This document shows, in pieces, positions 1-12,500 of a stretch of DNA of 64,000 bases (positions are counted from its first letter, which is position 1; each line of letters opens with the position of its first letter). Location of the stretch: the NCBI RefSeq assembly GCF_032062105.1, contig NW_026940638.1:620001-684000 (forward strand), in the 5' to 3' direction. The stretch is from Saccostrea cucullata. Lineage: Eukaryota. Under the pieces are notes generated by a model, which was given only the letters and a program-made list of their open reading frames with translations, was not told the origin of the DNA and made no database searches. The translations under genes and the position numbers were made by a program.

Positions 1-933
1 TTGATGAGTTTATGTATATTTTTGGGGGGGGAGGGGGTTCTATACAAAAGCATAGGCATAGGAGAAATTCGCACTTAAAAAAACCCAAAACAAATTGGTA
101 TATTTTCTTTTTTGGTTAGATGTTACTTTTAGCACCCAAAAACTACCGAGATCAGATTAGACGACATTTGGTCCTTTCCATGATGTATGTTCTAGCTAAA
201 TCCCTCTTACTGTCATGTTCAAGAGTATAATTTAAGACGATGTTAGTAGCACACAATGTAGTAGATTATTGACATGAGGTATTGCTTTGAACACTAAGGC
301 TTTGAACAGGAACTGATATTTACAATGTTGGTATTCCACCTATGGAAGAAATTGGGAAAGGTTGGAATAGCTCTCATAGAGAGAAAAATCAATACAAGTA
401 TAGAAATGTTCAAAAATTTATGGAATCATCGACATGAACAGATAATGTCAGCTGTGTGACTCGGTGATCTAAAATTATATATTATAGGTAATTACATGTG
501 ATAATATTTACAAACATAAAATAGGATAGAATTGAGGAATCCACAAAAAAAAAAATATGAAACATTGTAATTTATCTTGAATATGCTCAAATATGGGCAC
601 ATATAGGTACTAGTTAGCTTACCATAGCTCAAACAGAGCTATTCTAATCAGAGTTAATATTCTATACAGCTGCTTAATGTTTTACATTAATTTATTGACA
701 ACTTCTAAAGAACCATTCAGCCAATTTCAAGCAAAATCTTAAAGTGCTTTTAGATATACAGAGGGACATTTTTCAGTAAAGTAAGATGAAGGTTAGAATG
801 TTTAAAAGTAAACTTGGTTCAGAAATGTTTAAAGATTAGTGAAACTTGCAATATAATCAAGAACAGATAACTGTGCACAGAGTATCACATTACAAAGTAT
901 CACAAAAACATTCATTTGCTTTCAAGATTTTGT

Positions 934-2856
934 TTAAACGTCATGATCTTCAATACGTCCAGCCAAGTCATATCTTTCCACGGCCGAGTCTCGCAGTGCG
1001 GCTATTACTTTCCCCCGATCAAACTGTCCACCATTGTCACTTATCCACTGTACCAAGCACTGGTATATCTGATCCCGTAAACTCCGCGGATAATCCTGCT
1101 CCACCGACATCATGTCGCCATCGGTTACACCTAGAGTCCTCATGAAGAACCGCCATTCCTTACCCAAATTCTTCGTTAAGAAATTGATTTCTTTCATATA
1201 CTCTACAAAAAAAGTTTATTTTTTAAAGGAATAACTTGACAACTTTTGGGAAAATTAAAGGCAAAAGTGTATGCAAAATTGGTTAAATAAAATCACAAAT
1301 ATAAGTCTTTGATGAGCCTGTAGCTCTACTTGTCTGTTCTAATTTGGCAGCACCTGGATTTCAATTCAACAGCAAGAACAGAATTATGAATCTTGATTTA
1401 GTTAACTTGCGTACCAAGTTTTATAATTCAAAACAAGAACATAGAAGGTTCGAGTAATGGTTTTACAGAGGACTGTGCTCTATCAAAATTTTATTTGATG
1501 AATCTTCAAAAATGTTTAAAACATTCTTTTTAAAATATGATTTAGATGAGACCGATCATTATTTTACAGAATTTTGCAACAATATTCAATAAAATCAAAA
1601 ATTGGACCAAAATGGTAAGAGGAGTACCTTTTTCAATGAATTTTGCACTATTACTAAACTACTAGTATGCAGCACTGTTCAATCAATTCAAAACTGTAGG
1701 AAAAGAAGTTTATTGAAAAAAAATTACAGAAAATTCTATCTTTAGCAACCATTGCAACACCACTCATGGAAATCAAAAAGAGGAGGAGTATTGTGAAATT
1801 TGTTTATATGCACTTGACAGCTGGGGAGACGGGACAGTCACCTTACTAATGCACAAGATCTTCTGGCCACTGTCCAGAAGAGCTAAAGACAAGTAAAAAT
1901 TAACTTACTGTCAACATTCACTGTATTACATGCATTTTGATCTGTGAAAATAGAGAAAATAAGTGTTAAATTAAATATGAGAATGATATCAAACAAGAAA
2001 AGGTTCAAATCTGTACATAATCAGATTGCTCATCTAAATATACATATGTAATAAATGAGGAGAAAAATGCAGTGGACAAAACGGGGATTTGAACTGGGGC
2101 CCCTGAATCTCCAGTCAGGAGCTTTATTAACTGAGCTATCTGGCCACTGGCAATCAAATACCTGTCTGGACTGCTGCATTTTTTCTCCCCTCCCATTACA
2201 TTTGGTGGCGTTCCCTGGAAGTGACATACGAGACTGAGAGGCATGCCAGGGATTAGTCTGGACTGGGTCTTTGGAGGGCCAAAGACCTTTAAGGAGGGAT
2301 GAATGTGGTGTCATCAGCCCTCCTTAGATCACCGGTGGCTGGATAGCTCAGTTGGTAGAGCGCCTGACCAAAGATTCAGGGGGCCTAGGTTCAAACCCTG
2401 TTGTCCGCTGCAATTTCTCCTCTCCTGTTACACTAGAAATAGAAATTGACGGTTCAAATAATCAATCTTATATTACATCTTTAACTTACTAGAAGGGCTC
2501 ACTGGATAAGGAGTACGATTCACCATCACTGGTTGTGATGGCTGGCAAACTGTCCGAGGAGGTACGAACTGCTGATCATTTGGAATTCCGTTCTCAAAAT
2601 TGTCAATTATCCTCATCACATCTACACGACCATTACAAGAAGAACGAATAAGATCCTTCAGAAACACTAAATTTGTTGGACCTAGTTTTTCTCGAGTCTC
2701 CAGAATTTCCCACAAATCAGTAGGTCTTTTGACATTTTCTCTTTCTCTTTTCTTGACATCATCTTTACACAAAAACTTGAGCGACTCGAATTCATCAGTT
2801 TTTAGAGATTTATCAAGCTCAAGTAACATTTGTTTATAATCAAAATCAGCAGCCAT
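934..2856 (-). CDS. FADD: Fas-associated death domain protein (DED + death domain), 3 exons, ~222 aa
   Basis: Exons 2856-2490 (MAADFDYKQMLLELDKSL...FESLKFLC, DED), 1941-1909 (33-nt mini-exon NQNACNTVNVD) and 1202-934 (INFLTKNLGKEWRFFMRTLG...QIYQCLVQW...RYDLA, death domain). All junctions are GT-AG; total 669 nt, in frame. Confidence 0.9.
2047..2432. mobile_element. tRNA-derived, LTR/TRIM-like element with an inverted copy, in FADD intron 1
   Basis: A box TAGCTCAGTTGG at 2344-2355 and B box GGTTCAAACC at 2388-2397; inverted copy at 2047-2150; TG...CA termini; PBS-like TGGTGGCG at 2203; purine tract at 2291-2303. Confidence 0.6.
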
Positions 2857-2929
2857 AATGTTTTGTAACAATGTTTTGTCTTTAAAATCCCCTCGTCTTG
2901 TCGATTGTATTTCGTTTTGTCCTTCAGTT

Positions 2930-2939
2930 GGGATTTCCC
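2930..2939. promoter_or_regulatory. NF-kB/Rel consensus site in the FADD-LRPAP1 divergent intergenic region
   Basis: GGGATTTCCC matches GGGRNNYYCC, ~75 bp upstream of the FADD ATG. Confidence 0.45.
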
Positions 2940-3288
2940 TGTTTTGTTCATCATTGCGAACCCGATTTATTTGGGCATAAAATCACTTTAAAAAGGGAAA
3001 ATTGTTCATAAAATAGATCAAGTGAAAAAAAAATTGTTTGTTCTTTTTACAATCAAATGTTTTACTTATAATCTTTATTACCTCCCAAATGCTGTAAAAA
3101 AAAAAGGGGGGGTATTTAAATTCGGGATCGGTATCGTCGTATTATTTTCTACTTTCTGTTTGTTTGAGAAAGTCACGCTCAAGTAGGCCTAAAGGATCAG
3201 CAACTTGTGCCCCGTCGACACTAATGGAGAGATTATAACCAACGTACACGTGTCGTATATAAAAGGCAGTAAAGTTCAGAAAAAAAAA

Positions 3289-6200
3289 ATGTTAAACTTG
3301 ATAAACATAAAGACTGAAAGTTTGTACCTATTGTTTTTACTTTGTGTTTATGTAAGAACATTGGATGGAGAACGACCTTTTAGGACACTCAAAGCGAATC
3401 AGATATGGGAAAAAGCACAGAAGGTTTGTAATGTCTAGCTTTTAAATAAATAACATTTTAAATTGTATTTATTAATAATTCTACTACAGTTATTGCAAAA
3501 ATCAAAGAGATGCCGCGGCCATTATTCTCCAATAAATCGCAAATGTCATCAACAAATTATGGATAATCCTCTTTTTTGACTGCTCTTAGGAGAAAAGGAT
3601 AGAGGTATCTCTTTGATTTTGACACAAATTTATGGGGGAAAAATCTGCTTTGGGTTGGGATTACATCATACTTTTTCTTATCCTTGAGACACAAATGAAA
3701 GAGGATAGCATCCAATTGTGAATTTGTGATGTCATAAGACACTTGTGAGGAATGTCCAAATCTAGCATCTGCATTTCGCTGTATGGAAGTTTAAAATATT
3801 TGCTATTGCAGAATAGAAATAATAACCCCCATCCTTGGAATCCAAGAATATATATCCCTCAGTCTCAAGATTTTGTTTGGAAATATTTAAAAAAAAACTT
3901 GCCCTTTAAGCTCTGTTTTTATTTGCCAACAAAATTTTTTGACTATCAGGGTATATTTTTCAACAATTCCTCCAACATGGGAATTATTTCTTAATTACAA
4001 CAAGGTTGACTCTTAGCATTAACAATGTCAATAATTTTTGATAGGTCAGAAAATGGCTCTAGGTCACCTGAGCCCAAGGGTCTTGTAAAAGTGTCGAGTG
4101 TTCATCCAGATCTTTTTTGCATTTTTCATCTTGATTGTGTCATTTATCAATATTTAACATATACAAATTCTTCTCTAGAACCACTGGGTCAGTTTAAACC
4201 AAACTTGTCACAGAGCAATTTCGGGTGGAGCTATTCACTTCTGTTCAATGAACCACGCCCCTTTCAAAGGGAGCAATGAAAGTAAAATGGTGGCATTGTT
4301 TAAAATCTTCTTCTATATAGAACCACTGGGGCAGAAAACATTCCTACATAGATTCCAGTCAATTTGGTTAAATAATGGCTTATGGGTCTATGTTGTTTCA
4401 AAGATTATGTTGGAAATATCTATAAACAAGAGATGTTTGTAAAACACTTATCCCCCCTCCCCCAAATGATTGGAATTTTTTATAAGTCCAAACAATAAGG
4501 GTTTTTCTAAGTCCAAGGGGCATAACTCTATCCAGTAATGCCTTGATTGTACACCTAAAACAGAACTTGACCTAAAAATTTTCATGATAATTCTGTATAC
4601 TTAATTTCATTTCAATATGTACAACCTCTGCAAAGAAAATGAATGGAAACTGCAAATAATTGGGATTTTTCTAAGTCCAAGGGGCATAACTCTATCCAAA
4701 ATGGTTCAATTGTACCCAAAACAGAAGTTGACCTAGATATTCTTATGATTAATCTGTATACCAAATTATCATTTCAATATGTGCAACCTCTGCTAAGAAA
4801 AAAATTGGAAACTGATGGTGGACTGATGGACACACAGACCGATACATGTACTTAAATCATCCTCATATTATATTATGGATCAATTTAATTCAAGCCAGAT
4901 CAAATCAGAACTCCTATGGTGTTAGGGTTCTGATTTGACCTGTTTTGAATTCAATAGATTCATAATACAATATGGGGATGATTTCAGTATCAGTACACAA
5001 GGAGTGTCCAAGAAAACTGCAGGGTTGTCCCTTAGACCCATGGGGCCTGGAAATTTCTCTACCTATTAGATATAATCTCCCAGATACTCTGGTATTCCCT
5101 TATCACAGGTTGGGGTCAAAATTCAAGAGAATAAAGAAGAAAAAACTTAAAAACTTAATAGGACTGACATGAATTAATTGAGCATTTGGTATCCCGCTAA
5201 CAATATACACATGAAAGAATATAACAGTAGAAGCAAACATGTACGTTTAGCAGATAATATTGATTTTTGATTTTGCTGCAGCAGTAGAATGAAGAATTAA
5301 GCTAGAGCAAACTTATTATTTTTGATTCTTGAAGCTCCATTCAGGACCAAAGTTAGCCGACCTTTATGCAGATTTAAAAATTCAAGACAAAGTAGAAATA
5401 GAACTAAAAAAGTTGAAAGCTGAGGACATGGATAAAGATGGTCTGAAAGAGGCAGAAGTTAGACAGAGATTAATGGGTAAGATTAGAGATGAAGACCGAA
5501 CAAGCATGATTTGTTTTGTGTTCATAGAAATAACAAGAATAGGAAGGCAGCTAGCATTTTTATTTAAAAAGAAATGAAACTTAGATAGTAGATATAACAG
5601 TTTTGTTAAGAAATCTTTAATTTTGCAGATTTTTTGGAGAAGTACGACATGAAAAAAGTAATATCTATACCAAAGCCACAAGATATAAGTAATGAAATAC
5701 CAGAAACATTTGATCATCAACTTCGAGACAAAAAGCTTCAGAAGCTGTGGAAGAAAGCAGAATTTGCCGGATTCTCAGGTACAAAAACATGTATATCATA
5801 GGTAATTAATACCATAAATCTGGAAATTTTTACGTCAATTTTATTTTGCGAATTCGGGTCAAAATGCTGTTGATTAATTTTTATGTTTCAAAATTTTGCA
5901 AATGACCACTGCTTTGTTTTATTTTTAAGAAAAATATTTTTGCGAATGCAATGAACTCGCAAATTTGCTGAAAATTTATCTACAGCAAAAATTTCCAGAT
6001 TTATAGTATACAGTTCACTTTACTTCATATTATGTGTCATTTATGGTAAATAACAAAATTTTACTGTACTGGTACATGTTTTTGTTTTCTGATTTTTATA
6101 CATTGAATCCTGCAGAATTTTTCAGTACCTTCTTTTGTTGTCAATTGTTTATAGGTTAAAAATTTTGTTTCCATGTTACATACTTTTCAGTTTATATTGT

Positions 6201-7767
6201 ATATTTGTGTACGTTTCAGAATCAGAAATGGAGAAACTAAAAGAGGAATTTTTACACCATCAGATGAAGGTGGATGAATATAACTCTCTACAGGAAAATT
6301 TTGACCCCATTGCTGGTATTAAAATGTTTTATGTTATCTTATTTTCCAAGTTGCAGATCTTGTTAAAATGTTATTTGATAATTCATTGTACAAAACAATT
6401 AAAAATGCTCAATGCAGTTTAACCTTCAGTGGTATTTTGAACACTCATGGGCTGAATACCATGTATATGCTGAAATGAGTTGGATGTCTAAACCACTTTT
6501 CCCTTTATGTATTTTACCTACAATGTCTCAAATATTTGTACATGTATCTATTAGTTTTTGCCCAATCAAGTTCAAGAGAACAAGGTGTGACTATACAGTC
6601 AAAGACAAATTATCCTGAAGTAGGTGGGACGAAGAAAAATCTTGAAGATGTCCAAATATTCGAGATTTCAAGGGTAAAGTACCAAAAGAATAAGTAGTTG
6701 AGACTTCCAATTCAGTGTAACATATCCATGGTATTTGAGATATCAGTACTCAAGATACCATAGTTCATCTGTGTTTAATTTGCAAGTTCATGATTGAATC
6801 ATACCCTGTTTAAAGTAACATTTAATTATTGAAGACAAGATTCTGTGACAATAATTCTTTTTTTGCCTATTGCATGTATATGTCGGTCTTTTTCAATTTT
6901 TTTAGATTTTGAGGATAATTTGATTGATGTAGAACAAAATCGGGTGAAGAAAACCAGGAAACTGGAGTTAAAAACAATGTTCAGGGATCTGAAGACAGAT
7001 TACGACAAGCTAGAGTCGATGGCCGCTGGCGTCAATGATCCGGACAAATCGTTCCAGGATCCGAGAGTTTACGAGCTGTGGGCACTCGCCCAGAGAGCTA
7101 AAATGTCACCAAGTGAACTAGAATCCATCAAGGTTTAATCCTTATTTCATATTCCACATTGAAAAAATTCTAATTTGGTTCATTCAGGTGACCACCTGTT
7201 CATAATTAATGCAACACATAATTTCAGATGAGTTTAAATATGTGCATATGAGTGCATAAGATATTTTATCTTGATTTTCTTTTAATTTTTAGACAGAACT
7301 TCAGCATTTTGAACACAGGCTTCAAAAGCATGAGTACTACCAAGATCAGTTAAGAATTTCTGACGAGGCCATAAAAATCAATCACAAAAATGAAGAGGTC
7401 CCCGAGAAGCATGCCAAGCTGGAACAGATGGCCCGGGATTATGGAAGGAAGGTGTGTGTTTATTGTACTAAATGAACCTCCTTGTCAGTTAGGGAAAGAA
7501 GATTTTCATTTCAGCTAATTTTGAATTTCATGGAATGTTTAGTATATATACATGTAGCTGTCTTTCTAGAGCAAACTTATTTTTATGGCTGAATAAAGCA
7601 TGGAATTCATGTTTAAGTAAATTAACTTGAAAACTGAATGAATAAAAAATACAGGAAAAAAATTCCTATCAGACAGATTCTGTTTTTGTTGAATACAGGT
7701 TGAGAAATATCACACAGATCTGAAGTATCGTATTAACAAAGCCTTAAAGCAGCACATAGAACTCTGA
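3289..7767 (+). CDS. LRPAP1: Alpha-2-macroglobulin receptor-associated protein (RAP), 7 exons, ~325 aa
   Basis: Exons 3289-3423, 5335-5476, 5629-5778, 6220-6315, 6906-7132, 7293-7451, 7699-7767 (978 nt, GT-AG). Motifs FRTLKANQIWEKAQK, LKIQDKVE, KLQKLWKKAEFAGFS, DPRVYELWALA, ELQHFEHRLQKH; C-terminal HIEL ER-retrieval-type signal. Confidence 0.92.
4066..4850. repeat. Fragments of satellite-carrying (Helentron/HINE-like) elements in LRPAP1 intron 1
   Basis: tctaggtcacctgagcccaagg terminus and ttcttctctagaaccactggg unit resemble the 34674-36464 element; 4425-4850 has two ~157-bp units (tttttctaagtccaagggg). Confidence 0.55.
5810..6008. mobile_element. Short MITE
   Basis: Inverted termini taccataaatctggaaattttt / aaaaatttccagatttatagta. 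Confidence 0.55.
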
Positions 7768-9027
7768 TGTTAAAGGATATACAAGTATGGCAACAACAAG
7801 GCATTAAAGCAGAACATGGAATCTGATGATAAAGGATCTACATGTAGTCAAAGTTTGGCAGCAGACCTCAAAAATCAGACTGCTCTAGTTACTGAGAGAG
7901 TTATCAGATGGTGAAACAGGAAAAATGGACCACAAGCTTAGAAGTACAGATGAATAAACTGTGTTATTCCAGCAAATTGACAATCCCTCAATGTACAATA
8001 TTTTGTGAATTTAGAAAATTTATACGTCAGAGAGAAAGTTGAAACAATCTTTGTAAGGGAAAATTCTCTTTTGGATTAATGTGACGACACAGATGGTTTA
8101 TGATTCAAAGGAGATAACTTGTTTCAATCATGTGCATTTCATTTATACTCATGTCATTTATTTCATTTCAGTAGATTTTTATATGCAACTTGTGAGGAAA
8201 GAGATATTGTTTTGAAGCATTTTTTTTAATTGAGAAATATGAAATATGTTACGAATCTCATATTTTGAAAATTATGAACAAACATACTAGTAATGTGATT
8301 ATAATATATTTTGGGAAATTGGGTTTTGTGATTTTTTTTATTTTTGAATACAATCTTAAAAAATTTATGTCAGATATATCTATAAATTGTTATTCATTAA
8401 AATTGATAAACCTTTATGTGTGCATTTTTTCTACCTGTAAATGTATGTGGAAAATAAGTGTTTAGTCAACATATCAAAATTACATTTTCCCCAACCAGTT
8501 ATAAAAATTACATTTTCTAAGAAAAGGCTGCATATGAATGGAGCTAACATTCTAGTGATATATACATAGGAGGAAATTCAAATCCAGTCTCAGGTATGCC
8601 ATTTTTTTTATTGGTAAATGGAGGATTTTCTAAGTAACTTGATTTTCCTTTTCTGATTATTAAAAACAATTTCTGAATGAAAAGATTTTTAACAAAGAAC
8701 ATGCTGACAACAGATGCTGGGTGATAGCTAAGCTCACGTCCATCAGGGCCAGATAATCCAAAAGTTCCAAACAATCGAACAAAAAAAAAACCAACTTAAA
8801 ATCAAACCATTCTGAACTTCTCTACAGTTTTATATTTTATTGAAATTGATTGTCTGATAAATGTAATAAATTCATGTTTGAAATGTTATTTTACAAAACA
8901 TTTACATACAGATCAAAGATTTAGGGGAAAACGGAGGATAGGGCAGGCACATAAGGTACTGAGTAAAAATTATCCGTGAGTATTTCTTGATAATACAATG
9001 TGATTGTTTATGTTTTAATGTTTCTTT

Positions 9028-9238
9028 ATACAGTAAAACACACTTTATAACAAAGTGCCAGGGATGGTTATTTTTGCTTCAATGCAAACATAATTCCATA
9101 TTATGTATTGTAATTGCATATGCACCATTAAATATTTGTATATATATCCACTGAATTAAAGCTTTGGGGAAGGAAAATCACTGCGTTGAAAAAGTCATTT
9201 CATTCAAAGTTTGTTCACTATAAGTGTGTTTTACTGTA
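9028..9238. mobile_element. Short MITE (TACAGTA...TACTGTA type)
   Basis: Inverted termini tacagtaaaacacac / gtgtgttttactgta. Confidence 0.55.
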
Positions 9239-9505
9239 ATTTGTACAATGTCATAGTATGATACAATGAATCCTGCATCAGACAACCTACGTGTATAGAT
9301 AAAAATGTGCAGTATTTAAACAATTGTATGCATTAATTTATAAATGCAGTATGATTCAATGGATGTTTATGATAAAAAAAAAATGAAGAAAAAAAATATC
9401 AGTGATGAACACAAGATCTACGATACATATATGCTATAGTTTTTGTTCTAGTTTGGTCACAATGGCTGTTACAATGGATGAGGACAGGCTAGCTCCAGAC
9501 CGTCA

Positions 9506-12500
9506 TCACAACATGGCCTTGCTAGCATTGTCTCCGTTGACCTCTGCTACGACCTTCTGCTGTAATGGCGATGCCTCCTCCTTCTCCTCTATACCGTCCT
9601 GTAGCTCTAATTCTAAGTCTCCACACTGCTTCATCTGGGAGAAAACATTTCAGTTTTATGTGATTTTATGTGATATCATGTTACAAGGTTTGTTTGAACA
9701 TTTCTATGGTTTGGATAAATGTAATGCATGAACACTTTTGAGTAAATACTTTTTTCAGAGATTGAGATGGTATAGTGGTATGGCTTTTATATACTTTTTA
9801 TGCCTACTTGTAGGATGAAACTAAGAGATGTACCTCATCATATCGTACTCCAAATCTTAGAGGTTTCCTGATTTTCTCAGGTAAGAATGGACAGAAGACA
9901 TCAAATATTGGACAGAAAAGCTTAGGGTCCATCTCGCTTGGCTTCTCAAACCCTAGAAATATCATCACTGGTATGTTATCAACAAGCCAAAAATAGAAAT
10001 TCTCGAGATCACTGAGGAATCTTTACTCTGGGTGGATAAATGCTTGTAGTATATACAATGTAGCAATGCATGTGATATTGTCATACTATTATTAATGTCT
10101 TGCAGTGTTTTTTTTTCTCAATTTATATGTAAGTATGTTTTCTGTTGTTCCTTTTTTACCTGTGATTGCACTGACTAGCATTCCGACTGCTATAACCACT
10201 ATCATGGCTGTTGCACTGTACCAGAGGTAAGATAAGGAATAGAATCTGTCCATAACATAACTGAAAAAAAAATAAGTATATATATCACTCTAAGTAAACA
10301 TTACATTTCTAAATGTTAAGTATACAGTCAAACCTTCTTATCTCAAACTAGACGGGACCAAGAAAAAAAGGAAGAAATCAAATGATTTGAGATACTGTAC
10401 ATCACTAAATTTTAGCGACACCTTATTTTCGCGAGATAGTCATTGACTCTTGATAAGCGAGACAAAATTTTCACGAATTGTGGTCATTGCTCTATATAAT
10501 CTTAAGAAATACTATTATACGCGAGAATTAAATTTTCGCGAGCACACTGTCTTGCGTAATTACGCGAAAATAAAGTTCTCGCGAATAAAAAGTGATTTAC
10601 AGTATTCAGATACCATAATCTAGCGATGGAATCTAATTACTACATTGTTAATTTTGTTTAAATGTAGGTTTGTATTGGGTAATTAAATGCTTCATGTAGT
10701 GGACTGTTAGCATTTGTTAATCATGTCAGTGACTGAAGGAAGAACTTGAGACTTTATGACTAGGAAATAATTTTCCTGTTTATAAATCCAGGAATCCCCC
10801 ATCATGTACTTACTATGAATCTTCCTTTACCATGTCTGCAGTGGTTGTGAGGGTGGCATTGACTGTAGAGACAAACAATGAGCTCTGTGTGGTGGTGTTA
10901 AGGTACAGGGAACTGTGGGTTGTCGGGGGAACTTTTGTGGTCAGATTCCAGTTGCAGCCCTCCACAGAGATGGGAGAGAAGGTGGCTACCTTGGGTTTGT
11001 GGATCTGGTACCCTACACTTATCCACAGCATGAAGACAAGGCTTGTCAACATACCAGTCACTGCACCCTGAATCATTTACATAAAAGATATACTGAAAAT
11101 CACTAGTATTCAACTGGGTTTAATTTTATTGAATTCCTGACATGAAGAGACTTAACAATTCATGCCTCCCACCCTCAAAATGTTGAGATTGTTAATGCAT
11201 GCACATGTATTTATTTATAACAAAAATGAGTAGTACTGGGGTAAATTATTTGATGTTAGACATTAATATGGACAGCAGATACATTATATGAGAATGTATG
11301 AAGTTTTGTCTTCTTCATTTCAAAAGTATAAGAAATATACATGTTTAGGGTTTTTGTCAAACAATGAACCAAAGCTATTGTACCATAATACCTTTTCATT
11401 TGCCCATGGAAAGAGCATTCCAAGTGTAAAAACACCCAGCAATGGCCCTCCTATGACTCCAAACAGTGCCAAAGCAGCCTAGAATAAAAACAATTTATGC
11501 TACTGTATTTACCAGAAAATCATTCCTGTCACTGAAGGATTTTTTGCTATTGTTGAGTCATAAGCCATTTTCTTTATAATCAAGTGTTTATTTGTATAAT
11601 TGTATACTGAAACAAAATGAATTTAAGTCATAAAAATGCTTTTATGCCGTAAAATTCAGAGACATTTACAAAAGATGCAGTTTTCTTGCCTGGAGAACTC
11701 CTCCCAACAGAGATGCTACGTAGGTTAATCCTAGACAGATGAAGCCAAAGATGAGGGCTGAAAAGAACACGGGCAGATAAAACAGGTCAGTGCTCTCAAT
11801 AAATATGTCAACAGCATTTCTTCAATTGTACAGAACGTTATCAAATGCAGAACAAAATGTTACCTATAATCTTTGATGCATAGGTGGCGATAACTTCGGA
11901 ATTGATTCGTTTGACACAGAAAACTCGGAGGACATCTTCTAGAAGAACTGCTGCTATAGAGTTGAGTCCAGAGGACAAAGTACTGGAAAATGAAGTTACA
12001 ACATCTTAATCAGTGACAGGTTTAGCAGGTAAGCACAGAATCTTTATAAACAAATATCAAGCAAATATTTTAATTTTAATCACCATAAATTCAGAGAAAA
12101 AAATCTTCATCTAATATTTCTTTGTTAGATAATATTTCAAAATTTTCCTACTCACAATTTATGCACTTCAAATAAACCCATTACTCAATACTGTAGTGTA
12201 AAAGTGTATACATACATGTAATAAACACATGGTATAATCCTACCACCTTTAAAGCTGTTTATGACAAGCAAATTCAAATATTGTGGTTCCCAGCTTTATT
12301 ATCTTAATGGGTGAAATACCATTATTTATGGAATATTACTTCAAAAAAAAAAAAATTCAAATATGAACGCTCTATCATAATTTGTGTCATTCAAAAGTAA
12401 TCAGCAAAGTTTTTTTTTTTTTTTTTGGAAAATTAGGTCAAATATGAATGCCAAGGTCAAGAGGTAAAAAAAGTCATTGCATACTTGGAGAAATCTGTCA

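Noticed and set aside
2335-2410. Possible functional tRNA gene
   Set aside because: A and B boxes are present, but the acceptor and anticodon stems are imperfect, no oligo-T terminator follows directly, and it is part of a repeated element.
9436-9508. Stop-codon readthrough or selenocysteine at the end of the SLC5A gene (TGA TGA then ~22 open codons)
   Set aside because: It would need two consecutive recoding events; no SECIS was recognised and there is no conservation evidence.
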